Positions 1 through 10,650 of a stretch of DNA of 49,250 bases are shown here, one piece after another. The translations under genes and the position numbers were made by a program. The notes beneath the pieces are model-generated. The model was not told the DNA's origin and searched no databases. It saw nothing but the letters and a program-made list of their open reading frames with translations. Source of the stretch: Catajapyx aquilonaris (lineage: Eukaryota); the NCBI GenBank assembly GCA_000934665.2, contig KZ538765.1, forward strand, positions 1 to 49,250. The letters are read 5' to 3'. The number at the start of each line of letters is the position of its first letter. Position 1 is the stretch's first letter.

Positions 1-536
1 TGTACTGTGCTCTGTATACAGTCTCATTACGAAAGATCCGACGGATGAAGACCGAGGTAGGGCCTGGCCTCGGACCAAAAACCTAATATTAGGGCCTTTC
101 AGGTCAAAGGTCACCCTCAGGCGGGAGAGAATTTTTTTTGAAATTTTTAAGACACCTGCTTAATGGGAGGGGGCGGTCACTTTTTTCGAAGAAAAATGTC
201 AAAATATTAAAAATTCTTTCAAATGATCAATGGCTTCGCTTGCGTTGTCCTTCCCGGCAGCCCCCACCCTACGCACCCCATAGTCCAGGGAGTTCCATTC
301 TCAAACCCATTAGCCCCCCAAATATTCACTCCTAAAATTTTAACTATAGGTCCTATCCACTCACAAGCACATGCAAATGAACCAGCACACTTATTAGGGC
401 ATTTCCCATGGTTTGTTGCAGGCTGACCTTTGACCTGAAAGGCCCTAATATTAGGTTTTTGGTCCGAGGCCAGGCCCTACCTCGGTCTCCATCTCTCGGA
501 TCTTTCGTAATGAGACTGTATACAGAGCACAGTACA
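1..536. mobile_element. Non-autonomous DNA transposon / foldback element with long inverted arms (left end probably outside the window)
   Basis: 1-113 is a near-perfect reverse complement of 424-536. Confidence 0.7.
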
Positions 537-930
537 TAGATATACAGTATATCTCCCGATGTGAAGATGTATGCCCCTAGCCAAATGCTGTCTGGTATCA
601 GTATGAATGTGACGTAGGCGAGTGGTCATCGCCGTCACCTCCTTGGGGTCATCAGGACGGTCATTCGGCATCACTGTGTCGTGGCATTGCTCTATGGATT
701 AATAAAATAATAAATCCCCACCCGCTTCTGCTGTGGGTGGAGATGCGCAGATCGTCGACGCGGTTTTAGATTGGCAAAATTTCGTGTCGGATTGGCCTCT
801 ATACCTTCATGTCTCTTTCAAGTGTCTCCTTATTTCCCCCTCTCCACCCCCTTCCCAGGGCAGGCTGTATATTAATTACATTTGCAACTTCTATCCCACT
901 TATTTAATGGAGAGATGAGAAAAAAAATCG

Positions 931-1003
931 CGACTCTCCAGGATCGAACGTGGGTCCTTAGAATTAGCAACAGGCGACGCTAACCATTCGCCTACCAGCC
1001 ACC
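931..1003 (-). pseudogene. tRNA-like relic / SINE head
   Basis: The minus strand reads GGTGGCTGGTAGGCGAATGGTTAGCGTCGCCTGTTGCTAATTCTAAGGACCCACGTTCGATCCTGG. It has pol III A-box and B-box (GTTCGATCC) motifs, but the anticodon and acceptor stems do not pair. Confidence 0.5.
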
Positions 1004-2140
1004 AGTAGATACCCGCCTCTTGGAAGTTGTAGTTCCACTGCAGGATAAGAAGGCACAATAGCTATAGCTGTTGCTTCTCATTTCAATAAAGCATAACACG
1101 ACATATCTCCCCCTCCCCCCCTTAATATGAATATTTAAAGGGAAGTGCCAGTACGTGTAGTCTCGTGCAATAGGAAAAATGACTGAAAAAAAAACCCATG
1201 AGAGAAGAAAGAAAGGTAAAAAAGATGTTGCCCTGAGCAGCAAATTCCTGGAGACTGAGGGAGGATGTTGGGTAATGAGTGGGGCAGGTATTCGGTCGGG
1301 AATGGAAGGAGCCCAGGTGTGTCACTTGCATTGGGTAGGGCGGGTCATTAGTGTTGTGAAGGAGGATGGTGGTGGTGGTGGTGGTAGGGGAAGGAAGAAG
1401 GAAATGATAGGGAAGAGGGGCTTGAGGAGGGGCTCAAGATTGGAGGCCTCTGAGCCGACCGGCCTTCCATTAGCAGCCGCACAGGTGTCACTCGCCGCCA
1501 TCTTTTACCTGTGCTGCCTACAATTTTTATTTTAGCATTTTTCTATGCATTGTTCCTGTGGTATTCACGTACAGTACAAATATTAGCCTACTATCCCAAT
1601 CGGATTTTTTTTTTGTTTGGAAATATTATTTTGCACAAGTTGCACGTATATTCTGCATAATGAATGTAATTAGCTTTTACGATCCGATCAGGCTGGATTT
1701 CCTTCAAGAGGAAGGTCTCCTACTATGTGTATCGGTTATAATGCGACACTACGTATTCTAAAGTGTCCTGCACATCTAAGCAAGGTCGGACCCCCTTTCT
1801 TATTAGTCCGTCTGATCACGCAATTTGCCTTGTTTGTTCTATGGAAAGGTTGCACCCAAGGGCCGCCCCCAGTTGCTAAATATGTGCTTGGGAATGTGTC
1901 GGCATCTTTTTTAATGGCCAATGTCCGGCCTAGGCGGTCTCTTCTCAAAAAAAGTTGGCCCCCTTTGAGTTGGCCTCCCCCCCTCCATTAGACCAGTGGG
2001 GACCCCCCCTTCCATCTTCAGGGTGGGGTGAGAGACCACACACACTGTTGGGCCAGGTGCAAACAACCATGCCGCTGTGCTTCCAATAACTGACCTCCGA
2101 CCTGAAAATATTTGTGTTTAAAAATTGTAGATAATATTAT

Positions 2141-2276
2141 CCTCCTGAGACCCGGAGTACAGTATACTGTACCTTTGTTTTTTTTTTGGGTTTTTTACGC
2201 GTTTCAGCGTTTGAGTTAGTCAAAAGGTGCTGGAAAAAACAAAGGTACAGTATACTGTACCAGGGGTCTCAGGATG
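2141..2276. mobile_element. MITE with ~40-bp TIRs flanked by TTAT direct repeats (piggyBac-like target variant, inferred)
   Basis: TCCTGAGACCC..GTACAGTATACTGTACCTTTGTTTTT pairs with AAAAACAAAGGTACAGTATACTGTAC..GGGTCTCAGGA. TTAT occurs at 2137-2140 and 2277-2280. Confidence 0.65.
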
Positions 2277-2499
2277 TTATATCCCTGGCATATCTCCATG
2301 TATTGATACCTAAATCGTCTCAATCTTTTTGACCGATAATATGGCTACCAGATGCCATCGTGCAGAACAATAGGGTCCTAACTGGATGTGGTGTACCGTA
2401 CATATAGGTACCTCCAGGCACCTTGAAATTCCAGTCCAGATCAGGACCAGTCTTATCAGCAACCATCAGGAACCCAAAAATGTCCCCCCCCCCCCCCCC

Positions 2500-2589
2500 N
2501 NNNNNNNNNNNNNNNNNNNNNNNNNNNNNNNNNNNNNNNNNNNNNNNNNNNNNNNNNNNNNNNNNNNNNNNNNNNNNNNNNNNNNNNNN
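2500..2589. other. Assembly gap (90 N) inside a poly-C tract
   Basis: N run flanked by C homopolymers. Shorter Ns at 7206, 13224-13226 and 46712 are also next to poly-C. Confidence 0.95.
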
Positions 2590-2863
2590 CCCCCCCCCCC
2601 CCCCCCCCTCATTACCTGTAGTCCTAAATCCCCACCCAAAAAAGAAGAGAGAAAAAAAAGCTTGTCACGCTCGAGTGACGTTTATTTCTTGTGGAAAAAA
2701 AAGGCCCCCCCTCCAAGGGTGGGCCACAAGGTCTTCTCCATATACTAGCAAAGGGACAATGATGTGATTTTTACAATTTTCCACACTCTAACACCTGTTA
2801 AAACGTTTAAAAAAAATATTTGTTCTGTACCATTGTGCAAAAAAAAAAAAATCACAAACTGTA

Positions 2864-3030
2864 CAGGGTGACCCAAAAGTCTGGACACATTATTGTACCT
2901 ATCAACCAGAATATTTAAGTCACCCTGTGCAGCTTTTTGTCACAATGGTACAAATCTTGGGCCATCATCATGTACAGTTTATGATTTTTTTTGAGGGTAC
3001 AATGGTACAATGGTCTTGGGGGTCACCCTG
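2864..3030. mobile_element. Tc1/mariner-type MITE (TA-CAGGGTGACCC...GGGTCACCCTG-TA)
   Basis: TIRs with TA on both sides. The left end ...AAAGTCTGGACACAT is shared with the copy at 49116-49245. Confidence 0.7.
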
Positions 3031-3087
3031 TAAGTACTTGTAAATTCAACGACAAAGAAACGCTTAAGAAAGTGGAGCAAATGACAC

Positions 3088-3093
3088 TTTATT
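3088..3093 (-). terminator. Candidate distal polyadenylation signal (AATAAA) of dpp
   Basis: AATAAA on the minus strand, preceded in transcript direction by several UGUA motifs (3126-3171). An alternative signal lies at 3784-3789. Confidence 0.4.
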
Positions 3094-4644
3094 CCATTGT
3101 AATGTAACAATTCGGGCAACTGAACATACATTATGTACACTCCAAATGTACACTCCAAATTTTTATGTACACATCAAATATTCACACTTTTCACGACCCC
3201 CCCCCCCCCCCCCCCTGTCCATTACAAAAAAAAAAATTATTAAAAAAAAAATTTAAACGGATGTCAGGCTTGGGGGATTTTCATTTTTTGATATTATTAT
3301 ACAGTGTATACACTCACGCAAAGACGATGATGATAATAATAAATATTGTGAGACAAGGTTGGATGGTTAGGAGGTTTTTCTAGAGAGTTGAAAAGAGGGG
3401 GGGGGGGGGGGAGGTTTGGGCTATTAAGGGGTGTTCCCCCCTTGCTGAGTCCTTTTGGTCTTTCTTGGGGACGAGATGTAGCTGCAACGAAGAACTTGAC
3501 GCTTGGAATGCAGTAAGTCCAGAGGGGGGGTTGGGCTTGTAGAAGAAGGAGGGAAAGAGAGGGGGGTTGGCTGAGGTGGGGAGGTTGCAAGGACCCTGAA
3601 GAAATAATTCCTGGGGGCATTTTGCCACTTCATCCATCTCAGCAGGGCACTATGCACACACACATTCCCCCCTTAGGATATCAAGAGGAACAAGAAAAAA
3701 TTATGACAAGGAATTTACACTTGCGGGTTTGATCGGTCTTAACGACATGTGCGGTGGAGGGATGCACTTCACCATGGCACAGTTTTATTGGTTCACTGAC
3801 CAACCCCCCTCTCGGTCGACAATCAATTCGAGTGTCTGTCACTTAATTCAGCATGTGATACAATTACGTGACCTCCATTGGTAAAGCGTCACGCTGATGT
3901 GAATCAGGCACATTGGGGAAAACGGTAATAATTTACGGACAAGTAAAGGTCAAGGTGTGGTTAACAACATTATTGCCTAATATTGCCACTTGTGATTATT
4001 AGTCTGGGCAAGTCCATACTCAACTCCGTACTGGTGTAACAAGCTCTTTTTTTTTTCCAGCACTTTCAGATTACTTGTTTAATAAAGGGTAATTACTTCG
4101 TTACACTGGTTTGAAGTTTGGCATGGACTGCGCAGTATGATTGAGTAGTGTACCATTGCACAATGACTTAGACTAGACAATTTGTTAGAATGTTATTAAA
4201 AAATTTTATATGGATGTTACGATCAACAGACACTTAATAGCACAACTAATCATTTAACTGCGTGTTGAGTTAAATTTGGAATTTAACGCCGATTGGGCAT
4301 GTCGCAGTTTTTAACAGCATGCTTACAACTTTCAAATGTAAGCAGTCGTGATATCGTTTCGAAAAAGCCTTACCATCTAAATCATTAACTTAGATCATTA
4401 AAAATTTATCACATTGTGAACCTAAAGTAACAACTGACATTCTGCTGCGAAAATAAAAAAAAAAATGTGCTGCTTTTCAAAAAAAATAGGTTGAAACAAA
4501 ACAAAAAAGAAACTTCGAAAGTTCATACAGCCTCCAAGAGAACGTTGAAGGGAACTTGTACTCATGTCGTAAAAAGCAAGGCTGGCTTGCTTGTCACTTT
4601 GTTGTGCCCTGGTTCTAGCGTCACTAGAACATGTCCGGAAGTAA

Positions 4645-7572
4645 CTACCGACAACCGCACGCCTCCACCACCATGTCATTGTAGTTCTTGAGAACCACCT
4701 TGTCCACTTCATCCATGTACAACATGGATATGGAAGAGAGTTCGGTTGGCACACAGCATGCCTTGGGCACTAAGGAAGGATTCATGGAGTTGACCAAGTT
4801 CTGCACCACGGCGTGATTGGTGGTGTTGAGGTGCTCCGGCAAGCTGTACGGACACTCCCCGTGGCACAGGTAAGCGTGGTACCCCGGAGGAGCCACGATC
4901 CAGTCCTGCCAACCCACATCCTTAAAGTCTACGTAGAGTCGCTGGCGCTGGCAGGTCTGCTGCCGGCCCTTGACGCGGTGGCCTCGATCAGCTGCACGGT
5001 GCCGACGACCCCTGGCTTTGCCGTCGTCAGTGTATGCCACCAATAGCGGGTCTTGCTGCAGGGCAAAGAAAATATCATTGAATACTGTGCACAACTCAAA
5101 ACGCATAAACTGTTTCGAGGCTTAATTCACCAAATTAATATAGCATGCATCAGAACACATCAAAATCATATGTGGAACTCACCCATCGCTGCTTGTGGTG
5201 CTTGTGATGCTGCTTCTCTTTGGCCTGGATGCTTCGGCGAAACCGCAGCCTGTGAGCCTCTGGATGTGGCTCTCCCCTGTGATCTGTGACCTCCAGAAGG
5301 AGTCCTTTGTTGTCTTTGGGCTTACGCAACCATCGCTGTACGGCCGGCACCACATCCAGCGATTCCCACCGTCCCTCCTTGGCCTGCCTCGAGTCCAGGA
5401 GGCGAAGGATTGGCTCTTCCTCAGAGGAGGTGCTGGGCTGAATCACTTCATAGACCAAGACTTGCATTCGGTGCCTCTGTTGCCTCTGCCTCGGCTTGGA
5501 ATCTGACTCGGAAGCGTTGGCGTCCAGCAGGTAAACACGCAGTTGGGCAGCTGCCAGCTTCTCAACAGCCGGGATGCCCTCAATGTCAAAGTGGAGGTGC
5601 GTCTGATGCGGTAACCACTTCCACTGTGAATCTTCCACCTTGTCTGAAAGCATATCAGATTATTAGACCGTGCTCCACATTTACAGTTTCTTTCTACCGG
5701 AATGCTACCGTACCTTCATGCATGAAGCTCCGGACCGTGTTGGCCGGTTGGGACCCAACGTTTGGAAGTCCTGCAAACGCCGAGGGCTCCAACAGGTCTT
5801 CATCATCGGGATCTCTCTGGTGCTGTTGGTTGATCTGGTGGTATAGCTCCAGCATGTAGGGAGGAATGTCGCTGTGGTGCAGCGTGCGAGGACCCTTTGG
5901 CTGCGGCCTCTTCTTCATGCCCAACAGCGTAAGCAGGTGTGACTCTACCGCCTGCTGCATGGCTGCTGGAGTCCCAATCTCTGCGGAGGAAAACATCAGT
6001 GGCAATAAGCACACATTCACACTAAAATTTGCATGTAGGCTACACCAGAATGACCCTGAACATGCCTATTCAAAAAAACCAGAAGCTGCTGACCGGTTAA
6101 TTGAAAGCTACGTGCGCAGAACATCCCCAGAAAAAAGTGGCACGATGTCCAGTGATATATGGACTCACTCTGCTGAATGAGATCATCTAATAACCAGGTT
6201 TTTGACCAGATTTTCAATCATAAAAAAAAAAAAAAACACAATTTCGACTGGTAACCGGCCAAGCAAAAGATGTTCTGCAAGTCAAGTGTGTTCCGGTTCC
6301 ATTTCTTTTTGGGGGGGGAGGATGGCATAATGGGAAGGATACGAAATTTGGCGGGAAATATGACGTCATATTGCATCGACATATTTTCAACTGAAAAATT
6401 AATACCAATTGATTTAAAAATCGAACCTATTGATTTGCAGTGGTGGGCTGAATTTTGCAACAATTGAAGGGGAAAGTTACTAAAACTATTAATTTTGCGT
6501 TAAAATTCTGCCAGCAATTATTTTAGTGGGGAAAAAATTAAGTGCCTGCAATTATGGGAATGAGGCTTCAAGGCGCGTTCACACCGCATTTTTTTTAAGG
6601 GACTACATTTGTACATTTGCATAAAATCAGTGAAAATCTCCAATTACACATTTGTATAAAATCAGCGATAATATCCGATGCTACATTTGCAAAATAATTA
6701 GTGAAAATCACCGATCATACATTCGCACAAAAAATCTGTGAAAAATCTCCTAGATGCTACATTTGTAAAATAAATAGCTAAAATTTTCCAACGACACATT
6801 CGCATAAAAATTAGTGAAAATCTCCCGATATTATACATTTGCATAAAAATTATGGAAACTCTCTGATTACAAGTGTAAAAGTAGCTAAAATCTCCCGATA
6901 TTATACATTTGCATAAAAATTAGTGAAAATGTCCGATTACACATTTGCTTAAAATGAGTGATAATCTCCGATTATTTGTATTAAAATTTAATACCAATAA
7001 TCATTTAATGACGAGTTTATATTATTTGATATTTTCCATGTCCGAAATTAGGTATTGAGTTTGGGGGTATGACCCACCAAAATTTTCAATAATAATAAAA
7101 AAAAGTGGTACACACAGTAGGTGCAACCGGGTTTTTGTCTTCAAGCACACCCTACCAATGGTCCGGTAAATTCCGGTTTTTCCACGGTGGCGTCCCCCCC
7201 CCCCCNCTTTTCCTGCTCGAAAAGTACGTTAAAATTCCACCTGGGGTTTCTAAAAGGTATGTACCGCATGGGGGTTCAGAAGGTATGTACCAACAGCGTC
7301 ACCCGAAAAAATCCGGGGGCTACCCATCACCATGGTTGTTTTTTTTTTCAAAAAAAAAATTATGTAACGTCCCACAGGTGCAGGTATGCACGGAGAGGAA
7401 TGTGAAGAGCCTCCAGCAGGTCGTGACTAGTCAGATGCCAAAGGTGACTCGTCTGAATATGTGTGTATATGAATGGTATTATACACGTGGTTGACGTACC
7501 TGAGGCGATTGCGAGAGGGGGCGGCAGTAGGAGGAGCAGCTGCAGCAGGAACACCACCAGGATCCGTTGCAT
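4645..7572 (-). CDS. dpp: BMP2/4 / Decapentaplegic-type TGF-beta ligand precursor (~403 aa), 4 coding exons: 7572-7500, 5980-5714, 5643-5183, 5055-4645
   Basis: Exon 1 encodes a signal peptide ([24 protein letters not shown]). The prodomain has the motifs [30 protein letters not shown] and [13 protein letters not shown]. Furin-type sites RFRR and RGRR/RRHR are present. The 7-cysteine mature domain is [25 protein letters not shown]...[12 protein letters not shown]...[16 protein letters not shown]...[17 protein letters not shown]. All three GT-AG introns are phase-consistent (1,1,0), giving 1212 nt. Confidence 0.96.
6603..6973. repeat. Minisatellite, ~38-41 bp unit (TACATTTGCATAAAAATTAGTGAAAATCTCCGAT-like), about 9-10 diverged copies, in a dpp intron
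   Basis: Repeated unit read directly. Confidence 0.85.
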
Positions 7573-7625
7573 GGTCGATCACACTGCTAGAATAGGAGGG
7601 AAAAACAGTGGTCACTTGCTAGGTA

Positions 7626-7641
7626 GACGCCACGCCGTCTG
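7626..7641 (+). promoter_or_regulatory. Mad/Medea/Schnurri silencer element consensus GRCGNC(N5)GTCTG
   Basis: GACGCC-ACGCC-GTCTG is an exact match. It lies ~55 bp upstream of the dpp ATG, just before the acceptor at 7587. Confidence 0.55.
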
Positions 7642-7973
7642 TCTGACTCAATGCCTTCTTTTTCCTCTTTCTTACAACAACCCCCCCACCTCTCTACCAC
7701 TTTCAAGCCCCACCTCTACCAGCAGTTCTCTCATCACCCCCAGGGGCCTAGAGGGTGCTCTTATCACCTGAGTGTCTCATTGGTCCCATGTGGTGGTGGG
7801 ACAGCCAAAAATATGCAGGTGGGGACTCTAGTGACTAAACCAAGGGGGGGTTGAGTCACTAGGACATCGAAATCGATCAGTTGGCGTGCGCACTTTCACC
7901 CACACAAAGCCTCTCTCGGTACAGTACTCAACATGCACTGTACCAGACCTGACCAAGAAATTAACCTCACCTA

Positions 7974-8649
7974 CACTGTAAACCGCAAGAACATCACTGG
8001 TGAGTCTCTCATGGAACATCCATTTTTAATGCTCTTGTGATGCAAAAATGCAACAAAAAAAGAGCATTAAAAATTGATGCTCCAAGGGAGACTCACTACA
8101 CTGTAAACCGCAAAACATTAAAAGAGCATGGTGAGTCTCTCATGGAACATCAATTTTTAATGCTCTTGTGCTGATTTTTTGTTGCCAAAAAGCACCACAA
8201 GAGCATTAGAAATTGACGTTCCATGAGATACTTCACACATTAAATCAGGTGCGTCTCTTATGGAACATCAATCATTTTTAATGCTCTGCTAATGCTCTTG
8301 TGATAATTTTTGCTGCTAAAAAGCACCACAAGAGCATTATAAATTGACATTCCAAAAGAGCATCACTGGTGAGTCTCTTATGGAACATCAATTTTTAATG
8401 CTCTGTGATAATTTTTTGTTGCAAAAAAACATCACAAGAGCATTAGAAGAGCATGAAAAATTGACCATAAGAGACTCACACATTAAGAGAGCATCACTGG
8501 TGAGTCTCTCATGGACCATCAATTTTTAATGCTCTTCTAATGCTCTTGTGATGCTTTTTGTTGCTAAAAGCATCACAAGAGCATTAACAATTGGTGTTCC
8601 ATAAGAGACTCACCAGTGATACTTTTTTATTGTTTTGCGGTTTACAGTA
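7974..8649. mobile_element. Non-autonomous DNA transposon with CACTGTAAACCGCAA termini and internal direct/inverted subrepeats
   Basis: TA-CACTGTAAACCGCAA at 7974 (repeated near 8099) pairs with TTGCGGTTTACAGT ending 8648. Internal units GGTGAGTCTCTCATGGAACATCAATTTTTAATGCTC and CACAAGAGCATTA occur in both orientations. Confidence 0.75.
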
Positions 8650-8752
8650 TATGTAGCACCTCTGTTGGAGGCTAATTTCTGGTCAGATCTGGTAACCGAC
8701 TAGCGGTGTTGCCTCCCCCTGATGCAATAACTCACACTTTCCTAGGTTGGAG

Positions 8753-8952
8753 GCTAATTTCAGGTCTGCTACCTTACTCCTTTTCCGTGGCTAGTCGGTT
8801 AAAGGAGTATCTGACCAAGAAATTAGCTTCCAACAGAAGTGCAAGTTATTGCATCAGCACCTACGTTGAAGGCTAATTTCTTGGTATGGTAAGATACTCC
8901 TTTAACCGACCTAGTTACAGAAAATGAGTAAGGTAGCAGACCTGAAATTAGC
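8753..8952. mobile_element. Palindromic MITE-like element (~60-bp arms)
   Basis: 8753-8812 is the reverse complement of 8892-8952. Related arms at 7942-7968 and 8668-8693 flank the 7974-8649 element. Confidence 0.7.
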
Positions 8953-10125
8953 TCGGGAGAAAAACATGTTCAAGTCGTGCGCATCACAGTTCGGCGCAGC
9001 TCCTGTGCTGCGCAGGACTTGGGAGGCTGACCAAGGTTGGCTGGAAGTTTGAACTTTCATTTTTCGAATCGTAAGGGGTGCGTGTGTGCCACCCTTTCAT
9101 TACCTGCAGGGATTCGCACTTTTTTTGAAGACTGCACTTTCACTTAATAACATGGCCCATTAAGTGGGTCATTGCGAATTTTTTGGAGGGGCCCCCCCTA
9201 CTAAAAATATTACGTCCCGAGAATGTAGAACGCGAGTCAGTGGGAAGTGAGAGTCTAGCAAACTATGTACAAATTTTTGCAGAGTATAGACAGTGCCCCA
9301 TCCTTTTAACCGCGCAAGTCATGGTCCAACCTGGGGCCGGCAGAACCTCATTCTTGGCCGGGTGACGCGCCGCGGGTGACATCAACGACCGGTTTGAAGT
9401 GAACCTGCTGCTTCCTCTCTCGCCGCTTCTTTTTCTCCCTATGTGTGTAATATCCAGCCATGATGATGCCTGTGATTGGGATTTTTTTGAAAAAGGCTGC
9501 ATGGTGGCACCAGGCAGTCTGAAGGGGGAATGTGGCCTTTTTTTTCCATGAGAAATGGCAGGGTTGGGACTTCCCAGGTAGTGGTGTGCTGTAGTTGGGA
9601 CAGGTGTGTTCTCAGCACAGGTGGCCCGGATGCTATCATCCACTTAAAAGGAGGAAAAACTTGGAATGCGCGCCCCTCGACCTTCCCGCCGGCTCACACC
9701 CAACACTCATCTGCCAGCCTCTTTACACCCAGACCCTTTTTAGCACCGTTTCTTGTGAGGAAGAACCTGCCAAATAGCACCCTGGCCACCCTGATAGAGA
9801 ATCTGGCCACCCTGCTCAATATGGTGATATGATCTGGCCACCCTGATATCATGGTGATATGATCTGGTCACCTTGAACACCTTGGCAACCATGATAAATA
9901 TTATCTGATCTGCTCACCCTGCACAATGTGGTGATATGACCTGGCCACCCTGAACCACTTGGCCACCCTGAACCACCTGGGAACCACTGGAACCACTGGA
10001 ACCACCAAGAACGACCAAGAACCACCTTGAACACCTTGGCCACCCTGATTAGCTGGCTACACTGCTCAATATGGTGATATGATCTGGCCACCCTGAAGCC
10101 CACGGACACTACCCCTACAGTCTTA

Positions 10126-10410
10126 TCTTATCGCCTCCCGGGGCGTTTTGCGTGAGGTGGAGAGCGCCATGAGACAGCTTTTCACTGCTGTATTGTGGCG
10201 ACCCTACCGGAACTAAGGTAGAAGCCGCTACATGCGGACCCAACATGGCCGCCGGCGACCATGTTGGGTCCCCCAATGTAGTGCTTCCCTTTTGTGCCTA
10301 TATACGTTCAGCGTAGTCCGGTAGGGTCGCCACATATTATAGCAGTGAAAGCTCTCTCATGGCGCTCTCAAGTGAGCACCTCATGCAAAACGCCCCGGCA
10401 GGCGATAAGA
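10126..10410. mobile_element. MITE with ~90-bp TIRs and a central hairpin
   Basis: TCTTATCGCCT..CGGGGCGTTTTGC..GTGGCGACCCTACCGG pairs with CCGGTAGGGTCGCCAC..GCAAAACGCCCCG..AGGCGATAAGA. The inner palindrome is GGACCCAACATGG-CCGCCGGCGA-CCATGTTGGGTCC. Confidence 0.75.
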
Positions 10411-10441
10411 GGGAGTGACCAGACCTGAGTATTCTAAGACC

Positions 10442-10650
10442 TTTATAATTGATATTAAGGAGGTTGGCCCAGCATTGCCTTTCAACCTCCACGGATAGGG
10501 AAGGAAGGAAGCGGCTGTGGCCGGAAGACCCCGGAATTATCCTAGAAAGACCGTGGAAAACCACAGAAAACCACGGAAAACCGGGATTCGAACCCAGGAC
10601 CTCCCGATTAACAGTCGGACGCCCTATCCACTATGCCAACCTGCTTCGGT
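10442..10650 (-). mobile_element. tRNA(Asn)-derived SINE with 14-bp target-site duplication
   Basis: Minus strand: A box TGGCATAGTGG, anticodon arm CCGA-CTGTTAA-TCGG (GTT), B box GGTTCGAATCC, body GGTTTTCCGTGGTTTT...GGCCACAGCCGCTTCCTTCC, AT-rich tail. The TSD AGTATTCTAAGACC is at 10428-10441 and 10651-10664. Confidence 0.85.

Noticed and set aside
931..1003. Functional tRNA-Ser(GCT)
   Set aside because: The anticodon and acceptor stems are unpaired; only A/B boxes remain.
6603..6973. CRISPR-like array
   Set aside because: These are contiguous diverged tandem units with no unique spacers, inside a eukaryotic intron and with no cas genes. The same applies to 9778-10906 and 14200-14906.
10580..10650. 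Functional tRNA-Asn(GTT) gene
   Set aside because: The acceptor stem does not pair, and the sequence continues into a SINE body flanked by a 14-bp TSD.
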